Of a stretch of 20,930 bases of DNA, positions 1 through 9,914 are shown piece by piece. The stretch covers positions 1-20,930 of the forward strand of contig NW_021823864.1 in NCBI RefSeq assembly GCF_006345805.1, in the 5' to 3' direction. The DNA comes from Octopus sinensis. Lineage: Eukaryota. Both the position numbers and the translations under genes were made by a program. The notes beneath the pieces were generated by a model, which was given only the letters and a program-made list of their open reading frames with translations, ran no database searches and was not told the origin of the DNA. Numbering within the stretch: position 1 is the stretch's first letter; each line of letters begins with the position of its first letter.

Positions 1-380
1 GCGAAACGCCTAGCGGTATTTCGTCTGCCGTTACGTTCTGAGTTCAAATTCCGCCTAGATCGACTTTGCCTTTCATCCTTTCGAGATCGATAAATAAGTA
101 CCAGTTACGCACGGGTCGATATAATCGACTTAATCCGTCTGTCTGTCCTTGTTTGTCTCCTCTGTGTTTAGCCCCTTGTGGGTAGTAAAGAAATAGGTAT
201 TTCGTCTGCCGTTACGTTCTGTGTTCAAATTCCGCCTAGATCGACTTTGCCTTTCATCCTTTCGGTGTCGATAAATTAAGTACCAGTTACGCACTGGGGT
301 CGATATAATCGAATTAATCCGTCTGTTTGTCTTTGTTTGTCTCCTCTGTGTTTAGCCCCTTGTGGGTAGTAAAGAAATAG
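1..380 (+). mobile_element. tRNA-derived SINE, family B, tandem dimer (head truncated by window edge)
   Basis: Two ~181-bp units start GGTATTTCGTCTGCC at 15 and 196, each with a box-B-like G(A/T)GTTCAAATTC and ending GTAAAGAAATAG. Same family as 19362-19960, where the full tRNA-like head is visible. Confidence 0.85.
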
Positions 381-857
381 ATGTTTATAAGAAAGGGGAT
401 GTTAAAGCTAAACATAATCCATCTATACCTTAAAATAAATTATGTTGACAGTTACTCAAATTCATTCCCAATGCGCTGTGCGAAAGTACATTCATATGCA
501 TGTAGGCAACTTGAGAGTTTTTTCAGAAATTCTTACGTAGAGTAACAGAAACAGTTATCATGCCTCAAAGAGCTTTCAAGGAGGTTACCACAGGCAAAAA
601 ACAAGTTTACCAGTGGTTTTCATATTTTAGAAATGGTCAGCCGTCGCTTGAAGACTAATCTTGGTCAGGACGTCCGCCGACCTTCCGAACGAATGAAAAC
701 ATCATAACAATTTATGAACTGATCATGGAGAGACGTCACCCAACAATTAACGAAATTGTTGATATGACTGGTGTGTCCTTGAGTTCCTACCAACGAATTT
801 TGAGCGAGGAATTGCGAACTGAAAGAACAGCTGGTACCTTGGACCAATAAGAGCCTT

Positions 858-897
858 CTACTGACAATACCTACAAAATAGGCGAAACTTGGTTTAG
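858..897 (+). ncRNA. Degenerate minimal hammerhead ribozyme motif (copy 1)
   Basis: CTA-CTGACAA-T-ACCTA-CAAAA-TAGGC-GAAAC-TTG-GT-T-TAG. Stem I CTA/TAG, stem II CCTA/TAGG and GAAAC are present. G8 and G10.1 positions read A. Confidence 0.5.
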
Positions 898-1158
898 TCT
901 GGTGATTCTAAAGACGGTCATGGGGCGGTTATCTTCCTTGTCGGTGTATATATATTGCGTTCTTCTTACAGCATTAAGAGTTTCTCAAATTTTATCACTG
1001 GTGACGAATACTCGTGCTACGGAATTTGTAGAAGTGGAGGAGGTGAATTAACGAACTTGTTGATATGACTGGTGTGTCCTGGAGTTCCTACCAACGAATT
1101 TTGAGCGAGGAATTGCGAACTGAACGAACAGCTGGTACCTTGGACCAATAAGAGCCTT

Positions 1159-1198
1159 CTACTGACAATACCTACAAAATAGGCGAAACTTGGTTTAG
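1159..1198 (+). ncRNA. Degenerate minimal hammerhead ribozyme motif (copy 2)
   Basis: Identical to 858-897, shifted by 301 bp. Confidence 0.5.
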
Positions 1199-1587
1199 TC
1201 TGGTGATTCTAAAGACGGTCATGGGGCGGTTATCTTCCTTGTCGGTGTATATATATTGCGTTCTTCTTACAGCATTAAGAGTTTCTCAAATTTTATCACT
1301 GCTGACGAATACTCGTGCTACGGAATTTGTAGAAGTGGAGGAGGTGAATTAACGAACTTGTTGATATGACTGGTGTGTCTTGGAGTTCCTACCAACGAAT
1401 TTTGAGCGAGGAATTGCGAATGAAAAGAGTTTTAGCAAAATTTGTGCCTCACTTGCACAGAGAAGATCAAAAGCAGTTTCGTTTGAATACGTGCCGTGAA
1501 CCGAAAGAACAGCAGGAAATTGATCCGGACCTTTTTTCGAAGATCATCACTGGTGACGAATACTCGTGCTACGGAATTTGTAGATGT

Positions 1588-1872
1588 TGTTTTGTTTGTT
1601 TGTTTGTTTGTTTTGGTTTCCCGGTTTCATTGGCGTATAGGTTCTCCACTTGGACGGGACGCCGCTCCGTCGCAGGTGAGCTGCAAGATACAGGAAGGAA
1701 AGAGTGAGAGAATGTTGTGTCAGCAGAAGTTCGCCTTTACCTTCTGCCAGAGCCGCCGCGTGGAGCTTAGGTGTTTCGCTCATAAACACACACATCACCC
1801 GGTCTGGGATTCGAACCCACGATCCCTCGTCCGCGAGTCCGCTGCTCTAACCACTTGGCCATGTGCCTCTAC
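1588..1872 (-). mobile_element. Young tRNA-derived SINE (family C) with 13-bp target-site duplication
   Basis: Minus-strand head GTAGAGGCACATGGCCAAGTGGTTAGAGCAGCGGACTC...GGTTCGAATCCCAGACC (box A and box B), (AAAC)n tail, and TSD AATTTGTAGATGT at 1575-1587 and 1873-1885. Confidence 0.9.
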
Positions 1873-2093
1873 AATTTGTAGATGTGGAGGAGGTGAAGAT
1901 AAAACGACAGAGGCGTTGAAAGGCATCGCTTCGCAAGAGTTCCAGCACTGCTTCGAACAGTGGAAAACGCGTCTGGACCGATGTATTGCTTCAAATGGAA
2001 AATACTTTCGAAGCGATAAAAGTGTAAAACATGTAAAGCTAATCAAAATGATATTACAAAATTCCGGTTTGTTTTGCGTACACCCTCCTTTAT

Positions 2094-2803
<710 letters not shown>

Positions 2804-3030
2804 GTCCTTAAGCACGTACACACGCAGAGTAGTGTTTCCCAAAATAGAGATTTGGCAAATCTGTGATGTAATGGAAGTGACAGATCTAAATATAGCAACG
2901 CTGAAGTATACATCCTCCTTCTGTAAAACAACACGTCTTCCCTCTCCGTCCTCAAGTCAGAGCATGTATTGACAGCATTTGCGTGTAACTGTGACTGAGT
3001 GAGTGTGTGTGTGTGTATATACACGTCTCA

Positions 3031-3305
3031 AACTGGTTCACCGTCGGTTACGATGAGACATGTTCCAGCTGATCCCATCATCGGAACAGACACACGTACC
3101 CTTGACATAGGATCTCCGAAATATTAAGCATGATACAGAATGTGACAAGACTGGCCCTTTGAAGTACGGGTACTACTCATTTTTGCTAGCTGAGTTGACT
3201 GGAGTAACGGGAAATAAAGTCTTGCTCAAGGACACAACACATCACCAGGAAAAGAACTCACGATTTTGGAATCCTGAAATGAATACCCCAATCACTATGA
3301 CACGC
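3031..3305 (-). mobile_element. Diverged tRNA-derived SINE with CORE-like central segment (family D)
   Basis: Minus strand reads degraded tRNA-like head, then TGTGTTGTGTCCTTGAGCAAGACTTTATTTCCCGTTACTCCAGTCAACTCAGCTAGCAAAAATGAGTA, which resembles CORE-type SINE central domains. Confidence 0.65.
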
Positions 3306-3464
3306 GGATTACCCACCCCCCTTCATACACTCTAAAATACACGAAAACATACACACTCACTCTCTCTCTCACACACTCAATCCATCACTGGAATTGTAAA
3401 AATCTGTAAAACTTTCAAGGAGTTTATCATTTCAATATATATGCAACTATATGCAAGAGAATAC

Positions 3465-3570
3465 ATGCATAAAACAAAACATGCACATACATACATGCAT
3501 ACATACATACATACTACATACATACATACATACATACATACATACATACATACATACATACATACATACA

Positions 3571-3603
<33 letters not shown>

Positions 3604-4141
3604 GCATACATACATACATACATAAGTGAATACCCTGCTGATATTGAAATTCCAATGAAGGCGCCTTGCATCTTGGTTGGAATCCAACCCTTTCTCTATT
3701 GACAAGAAATATTGAAATAAAACCGAATAATGACATACATACATACACATATACATATATAAAACGAAACATAGAAATCTGCAGGTATACATACATACAC
3801 ACATACATTCAAACACACATACATTCAAACACACATACATTCACACATACATACATCCATCCATCCACCCATCCATCCATCCATCCATCCATCCATCCAT
3901 ACATACATACATACATACATACATACATACATACATACATACATACATACATACATACATACATACGTACGTACGTACATACATACAAAAATGCCCTGTT
4001 GTTCACGTTGAAATTCCAATGAAGGAGCCTTGGATCTTGGTCAGAAACCGACTCTGTCTCTGTTGACAAGAAATATTGAAATAAAACTGAATAATACGTA
4101 CATACATAATACATACATACACACATACATACATACATACA

Positions 4142-4175
<34 letters not shown>

Positions 4176-5045
4176 CATACATACACACATACATACATAC
4201 GTACATACATAATACATACATAATACATACATACACACATACATACATACATACACACATACATACATACATAATACATACATACACACATACATACATA
4301 ATACATACATAATACATACATACATAATACATACATACACACATACATACATACATAATACATACATACATAATACATACACACATACATACATACATAA
4401 TACATACATACATACATACATACATAATACTACCCTATACATACAGATAATACATACATACACACATACATACATACATAATACATACATACATACATAC
4501 ATAATACATACATAATACATACATACATAATACATACATACGTACGTACGTACGTACGTACATACATACATACATACATAATACATACATAATACATACA
4601 TAATACATACATACATACATAATACATACATAATACATACATAATACATACATACATACATACATAATACATACATAATACATACATACATACATACATA
4701 ATACATACATAATACATACATACATACATAATACATACATACACACATACATACATACTTACATAATACTTACATACATACATAATACATACATACATAA
4801 TACATGCATACATATATAATACGTACATACATAATACATACATACATACATAATACATACATAATACATACATACATAGATACATAATACATACATAATA
4901 CATACATACATACATACATAATACATACATAATACATACATACACACATACATACATACTTACATAATACGTACATACATACATAATACATACATACATA
5001 CATAATACATACATATATGCATACATACATACATACATATACACA
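3465..5045. repeat. Long (CATA)n microsatellite with (CATC)n, (CGTA)n and CATACATAATA-type variants, interrupted by two related ~90-bp unique islands
   Basis: Directly visible; islands at ~3644-3735 and ~4008-4095. Confidence 0.95.
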
Positions 5046-5595
5046 TGCGCCCGCACGCCTGTGTAGGCGCTTATGTAAATGCATACGTATCCCAAAAGAG
5101 GTTAATGACGAATGACGTAATTACAAAACGTGACAGTACAATAAAGGGTATATCAATGTTATTTTCGTTTCTTTTGATATTGCTGCTGTTGTTGTTATTG
5201 TTCCTGTTAGCCATAAATCATCTCAAGACAAGCTTATGATCGGAAGCGGTCCTGTCGTGACCAACTTATCTCTTTTGTATATTTATGACTGCATTCTTCT
5301 ACTTGTCCTTTACCTTTTTGTGTAAGTCTTTTTTCGTACGTTGTGATTTGAAAGAAATATGGCTACTGCTTCTAGCAGATCGAGTGACGCTGATCACGTA
5401 CAGGTTTCCACAGTTGCGTCATTTTAGTGTCAAGGAGCAAGGTGCGATGACTTCGGATTATAATGACGGGTTTGTTTTTATGATGATAATGATGATGATT
5501 ATCTTCATAGTATATGATCTTACCGATTGTTAAGAACTCATTATCCTCCTCCTCCTCCTCCCCCTCCTCCTCTTCTTCATTATCTCATAATCATC

Positions 5596-5998
5596 AGGAG
5601 TGGCTGTGTGGTGATAAGTAGCTTGCTTACCAACCACATGGTTCCGGGTTCAGTCCCACTGCGTGGCACCTTGGGCAAGTGTCTTCTACTATATCCTCGG
5701 GCCGACCAAAGCCTTCTGAGTGGATTTGGTAGACGGAAACTGAAAGAAGCCCGTCATATGTATGTATATGAATGTGTGTGTATATGATTGTGTGTCTATG
5801 TTTGCCCCCCCCCCCACATCTCTTGACAACCGATGCTGGTGTGTTTACGTCCCCGTAATCTAGCGGTTCGGCAAAAGGATCGATAGAATAAGTACTAGGC
5901 CTACAAAGAATAAGTCCTGGGATCTATTTGCTCGACTAAAGACGGTCCTCCAGCATGGCCGCAGTCAAATGACGGAAACAAGTAAAAGAGTAAAAGAG
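5596..5998 (+). mobile_element. tRNA-derived SINE, family A, full length
   Basis: Head GGAGTGGCTGTGTGGT...GGTTCAGTCCCACTGCG (box A/B-like), internal (TG/TA) tract, tail GAAACAAGTAAAAGAGTAAAAGAG; matches four other copies in the window. Confidence 0.9.
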
Positions 5999-5999
5999 T

Positions 6000-6232
6000 G
6001 TTACCGTGGTCGTCGTCGTTCGTTGTTGTCATCATTAACATATATCACCATCGTTGTCTCCATCATCAGCATCATCGTCATCATCATCATCATCACTGTT
6101 GTCTTCGTCATCATTATCCACGTATCCTCGTTGTCGTCGTCATCGTTGCTTCGTCGTCACCACCACCACCACTACCACCACCATAATCATCGTCGTCGTC
6201 ATCATCATCATCATCATCATTATCATCATTAT
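6000..6232. repeat. Mixed trinucleotide repeats (CGT/CAT/CAC)
   Basis: Directly visible. Confidence 0.9.
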
Positions 6233-6234
6233 CT

Positions 6235-6405
6235 TAGACAAAATACTTCAGTTGGCATTGCTCCAATCCACTAATCGGTAAGGGAGTAACCTTATAACTG
6301 ACTGGCGTCCCTTCCAGGAGGAGTGTTGTGATTTGGGTCACTCATGTACCAAGTGAACCGCCCCTATGAGTCCTAAGACTCAAGACAGAAATCTTCGGCG
6401 GTTGT

Positions 6406-6410
<5 letters not shown>
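6235..6410 (+). mobile_element. Probable degraded SINE 3' half
   Basis: TTGCTCCAATCCACT resembles the family-D core. GACTGGCGTCCCTTCCAGG resembles GGCGTCCCGTCCAAG in the family-C SINE. Followed by a (GAT)n tract. Confidence 0.4.
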
Positions 6411-6472
<62 letters not shown>

Positions 6473-6476
6473 AATA

Positions 6477-6522
<46 letters not shown>

Positions 6523-6556
6523 GGAGGAGGAGGAGGAGGAGGCGGATGACGATGAT
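6403..6556. repeat. (GAT)n/(GAG)n microsatellite
   Basis: Directly visible. Confidence 0.95.
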
Positions 6557-6899
6557 AGTTGTGTTTACACTATGCATGGCTTCCATGTTTTTTTCAGAGT
6601 TGATACTTAAAGGGCGAGTCCCTGTTTTGAGATCAGTTTTTCACTTTTTCTGTTTCAAATCAATTTCGCGTCTTCCTAAATGTAAATGATTGCGCTCTGA
6701 CCTGGAGAAGACAGGCCTTTCCCTCACCTAAAGCATCCAAAACACGACCAATGGCACCGCTACGACCCCATCAGGTACGCGGAGATGAGGGTAAAGGTAA
6801 AACAAGATTAAGCTGGGCTTGCATAAATCTTTTCAGAATAACTGACAGAAGCGAGGAAGTAATTTTAAATCCGCACACTCTCTCTTTCTTTCTCTCTCC

Positions 6900-6946
<47 letters not shown>

Positions 6947-6958
6947 GCACACTTTATT

Positions 6959-7141
6959 TGTGGGTTAACAAGGCAACCAACGGTTTCATGCGAAGAGATT
7001 TTCACAATTGATCAAACGTGCTACATGAAAGTGTTAGAAATTGTCTCCATTTTGAATGACAATATACACTTTCGCGTGACACGCTTGAACAATTGTGACG
7101 ATCTCTTCTCATAAAACAACTGGTTGCCTTGTTAACCCACA
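6959..7141. mobile_element. Near-fully palindromic MITE-like element
   Basis: Left arm 6959-7034 (TGTGGGTTAACAAGGCAACCA...GAAAGTGT) is the reverse complement of 7066-7141 with scattered mismatches. Confidence 0.8.
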
Positions 7142-7710
7142 TTAACCCACAACAAAGAACCCAGAAATAACTCTGATAGCACTCATCCTCACCGTTCGAT
7201 ATCAGCGTCTGTGTGTTTGTGTGTGTATGTCGCTATTTAGTACGTAATTTAGTTATTATAGGTTTACTATTAATACCGATATAAATGTACTTAGATTTAT
7301 GTGTTTCTTTGTTGTAGTTTAATTTTAGAGTTAATGTTTAATCCTGCCTATATTTAGATTGAATCAATGTGGTTATTAAGCTTTCACTTATATATTATAC
7401 TATTAAAGACTGTAGAGAATATTGCTTGCATGACCTAAAGGTTTGATCGCTTTTTAGTTACATATTTAGGTGTTGGCTATAGATTTACGTATTGAATTTA
7501 TTTACTAATGCTGTTGTACATAGTGTAATGTGTTTGAAAATTGTGGTTTCTTTGGTATGTTTGTTCCCAAACGACACATATTTTAGTGCTGTTGACACCG
7601 CTGGATTGAATGGTACTGCCAAGGTGTCGAAATCATAATGATATCCGTGAGGCAGCTGATGATGGAGTTATGTTGGATTTTGGTATGGGTGTGGAATAGT
7701 ATTATAACAC

Positions 7711-7717
7711 AAGCTCT

Positions 7718-7785
<68 letters not shown>
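7711..7785. repeat. (AT)n microsatellite
   Basis: Directly visible; further (AT)n tracts at ~7883-7938, ~8812-8860 and elsewhere. Confidence 0.95.
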
Positions 7786-7788
<3 letters not shown>

Positions 7789-7879
7789 TATACTTTATTT
7801 AAAGCAGCAGAAAATTACTCTACCACTGGTATTTGAGTACTCTTTTTTCCACCTTCTTTCACATTTACGGGTTTACTCC

Positions 7880-7933
<54 letters not shown>

Positions 7934-7940
<7 letters not shown>

Positions 7941-8250
7941 CGTTTTTGGATTTGGTTTGCAAGATTCTTTATATGAGTTCGTGTGTTGAAATATATTCTG
8001 TTGTGTCTGGGGAGAGTCATTTTCTTTTTGTGCCTTATAATTTAATACACTCACCAGTGAAATTTCCACTTATTTCTTATTTTTATTTTCCTAAAATTTT
8101 CGTTGCATCTTGCATAAAGTCAAGACTATTGAAAAGGTTGCAAGACGCAACGAAAATTTTAGGAAAATAAAAATAAGAAACAAGTGGAAATTTTACCGGT
8201 GAGTGTGTTAAATTATAAGGCACAAAAAGAAAATGACTCCCCAGACACAA
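7934..8250. mobile_element. Retroelement fragment (Penelope-like, inferred) with a fold-back inverted duplication
   Basis: 8001-8114 and 8139-8250 are ~95% identical inverted arms around a 24-nt loop. Contains a hammerhead motif and is homologous to ~17600-17776. PLE assignment is inferred from the hammerhead only. Confidence 0.6.
8126..8162 (+). ncRNA. Minimal hammerhead ribozyme motif, U3-A8 core variant
   Basis: CTA-TTGAAAA-G-GTTGC-AAGAC-GCAAC-GAAAA-TT-T-TAG. Stem I CTA/TAG, perfect 5-bp stem II, palindromic AATT stem III. Confidence 0.6.
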
Positions 8251-8337
8251 GAGTATATATATAATACACGTTAAGTACAGGACATCACCAACGAGAAAAA
8301 AGTAGGTATACATATGCACATACATATTTGTGAAATA

Positions 8338-8762
8338 AGGCTACCATTGGTTTCATGTTAAGATAAGTAGGAACATATCCTAGTGTCTTAACAATTTTTC
8401 AAGCTGATCACACGAAGAAAGGTGTTCGCCTCCGTTTTGGAAAACACAGCCTCGTTTAGTTCAAGGAGATTCTTGTGAATTCACGTGAATAAAACAATGA
8501 CTCAATCAAATTGACCATACAATAATTTTCCTAAAAGAGAAATCCAAAGGAGACAAACATTCAAAATGTGCCACCCAAGAGTAACGTCCCTTGATTGAAT
8601 CATTGTTTTATTCACGTGAATTCACGTGAATCTCCGTGAACTAAATGAGGTTGTGCTTTCCAAAATGGGGGCGAACACCTTTCTCCATGTCATTGGCTTG
8701 CAAAGTTATTAAGACACTAGGATATTTTCCTACTTTTCTGAACACGAAACCAATGGAAGCCT
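8338..8762. mobile_element. MITE with 172-bp terminal inverted repeats and TA flanks
   Basis: Arms 8338-8509 and 8591-8762 are diverged reverse complements (AGGCT(A/T)CCATTGGTTTC...TCAATCAA) with an 81-bp spacer; TA at 8336-8337 and 8763-8764. Confidence 0.9.
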
Positions 8763-8814
8763 TAATTCATAAATAAAGAAATTACATCTATCAACGCAGT
8801 GTTGAGCGCTCATA

Positions 8815-8860
<46 letters not shown>

Positions 8861-8862
<2 letters not shown>

Positions 8863-9277
8863 TTTTACTCTTTTACTCTTTTACTTGTTTCAGTCATTTG
8901 ACTGTGGCGAAGCTGGAGTACCGCCTCTTGTCGAGCAAATCGACCCCAGGACTTATCGTTTGTAAGCCTAGTATTTATTCTATCGGTCTCTTTTGCCGAG
9001 CAGCTAGATTAGGGGGGACGTAAACACACCAGTATCGGTTGTCAAGCGATGTTGGGGGACAAACACAGACACACAAACATATACACACACGTACATATAT
9101 ATATATACATACATATATACGACGGGCTTCTTTCAGTTTCCGTCTACTAAATCCACTCACAAGGTTTTGGTCGGTCCGAGGCTACAGTTGAAGACACTTG
9201 CCCAAGGTGCTACGCAATGGGACTGAACCCGGGACCCTGTGGTTGGCAAGCAAGCTACTTACCACACAGCCACTCCT
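8861..9277 (-). mobile_element. tRNA-derived SINE, family A, full length
   Basis: Reverse-complement match to 5596-5998. Confidence 0.9.
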
Positions 9278-9286
9278 ACGCTTATA

Positions 9287-9495
9287 TATTTTGTTGTCCA
9301 GAAAGTACGTGCCGATATTTAAAGGCATAAAAAAGGTCAATAAATACTTGCCATCACATTTTTTATCAACCAAATATAAACCATTTTGTTGTGCAATGCG
9401 TCTCCATCTTTCCTTTAACTTGAAAATACCCTCTTCCCAGATTGGAGGTTGTTTCATGGCAATAATTCATCAAGGTATCTTTTTTACGTAATCCA
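9287..9495 (-). mobile_element. Mariner 3' fragment (second, different family) with terminal repeat
   Basis: Minus-strand peptide MKQPPIWEEGIFKLKERWRRIAQQNGLYLVDK matches the mariner C-terminal GI.KL.ERW...I..NG.Y pattern. Ends ...GTACTTTCTGGACAACAAAATA followed by TA, like a mariner TIR. Confidence 0.75.
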
Positions 9496-9514
9496 AGGAC
9501 AACCCTTTATATAT

Positions 9515-9558
<44 letters not shown>

Positions 9559-9914
9559 GTGTGTGTGTGTGTGTACGTAATATCAAACGATGAAAATGTG
9601 TGTATTACACACGCACACATGTATATGTGTATGTGTGTGTTCTGTAAATGTACTTAAAAGTGTTTCCACATCAACTAGTTGTCATGCAGCTTTGAATATG
9701 TTTTTCCCTTGCATCCACTTCGTAATACCAAACGGAGGCTGAAATGATAGAAGAAAAATTACATAGAACGCCAGATGTTAAAGGCCATTTTTCGTAGTAG
9801 CTTGGTGTATTGAGTGTACAGTGTTGAGAAGTCGATTAAGCATCACTTGGAGACACTCATCTTTTTTCTGATATAGTTATTATGTTTTTTAACCGATATC
9901 TACAAATCATACGG

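Larger units (their letters stand above)
746..1420 (+). repeat. 301-bp tandem repeat (2 full units plus start of a third), chimeric mariner + ~170-bp unrelated segment
   Basis: GATATGACTGGTGTGTC recurs at 761, 1062 and 1363 (period 301); units are nearly identical. Confidence 0.95.
500..2092 (+). mobile_element. Mariner (Tc1/mariner) transposon relic: internally deleted, tandem-rearranged and interrupted by a SINE
   Basis: Translation from 542 gives VTETVIMPQRAFKEVTTGKKQVYQWFSYFRNGQPSLED*SWSGRPPTFRTNENI...INEIVDMTGVSLSSYQRILSEELR (HTH region). 1366-1580 gives ...MKRVLAKFVPHL...DPDLFSKIITGDEYSCYG (first catalytic D). 1886-2015 gives the C-terminus ...TTEALKGIASQEFQHCFEQWKTRLDRCIASNGKYF. A TIR-like end TTCCGGTTTGTTTTGCGTACACCCTC lies near 2062-2087. 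Confidence 0.9.

Noticed and set aside
380-500. Mariner 5' TIR matching 2062-2092
   Set aside because: No reverse-complement match found; the 5' end is lost or overwritten.
1795-1872. Functional tRNA gene (also heads at 5596, 19362, 20324)
   Set aside because: Box A/B are present but there is no clean cloverleaf, and each continues into a repeated SINE body with a tail.
6605-6870. TTAAAGGG-initiated DNA transposon
   Set aside because: No matching CCCTTTAA end nearby.
7560-7650. Minus-strand peptide FRHLGSTIQSSG resembling the LINE FxYLGS motif
   Set aside because: Too short, with no flanking RT motifs.
7612-7675. Type-II hammerhead (GAAATCATAATGATA...CTGATGA)
   Set aside because: Stems I and II cannot pair.
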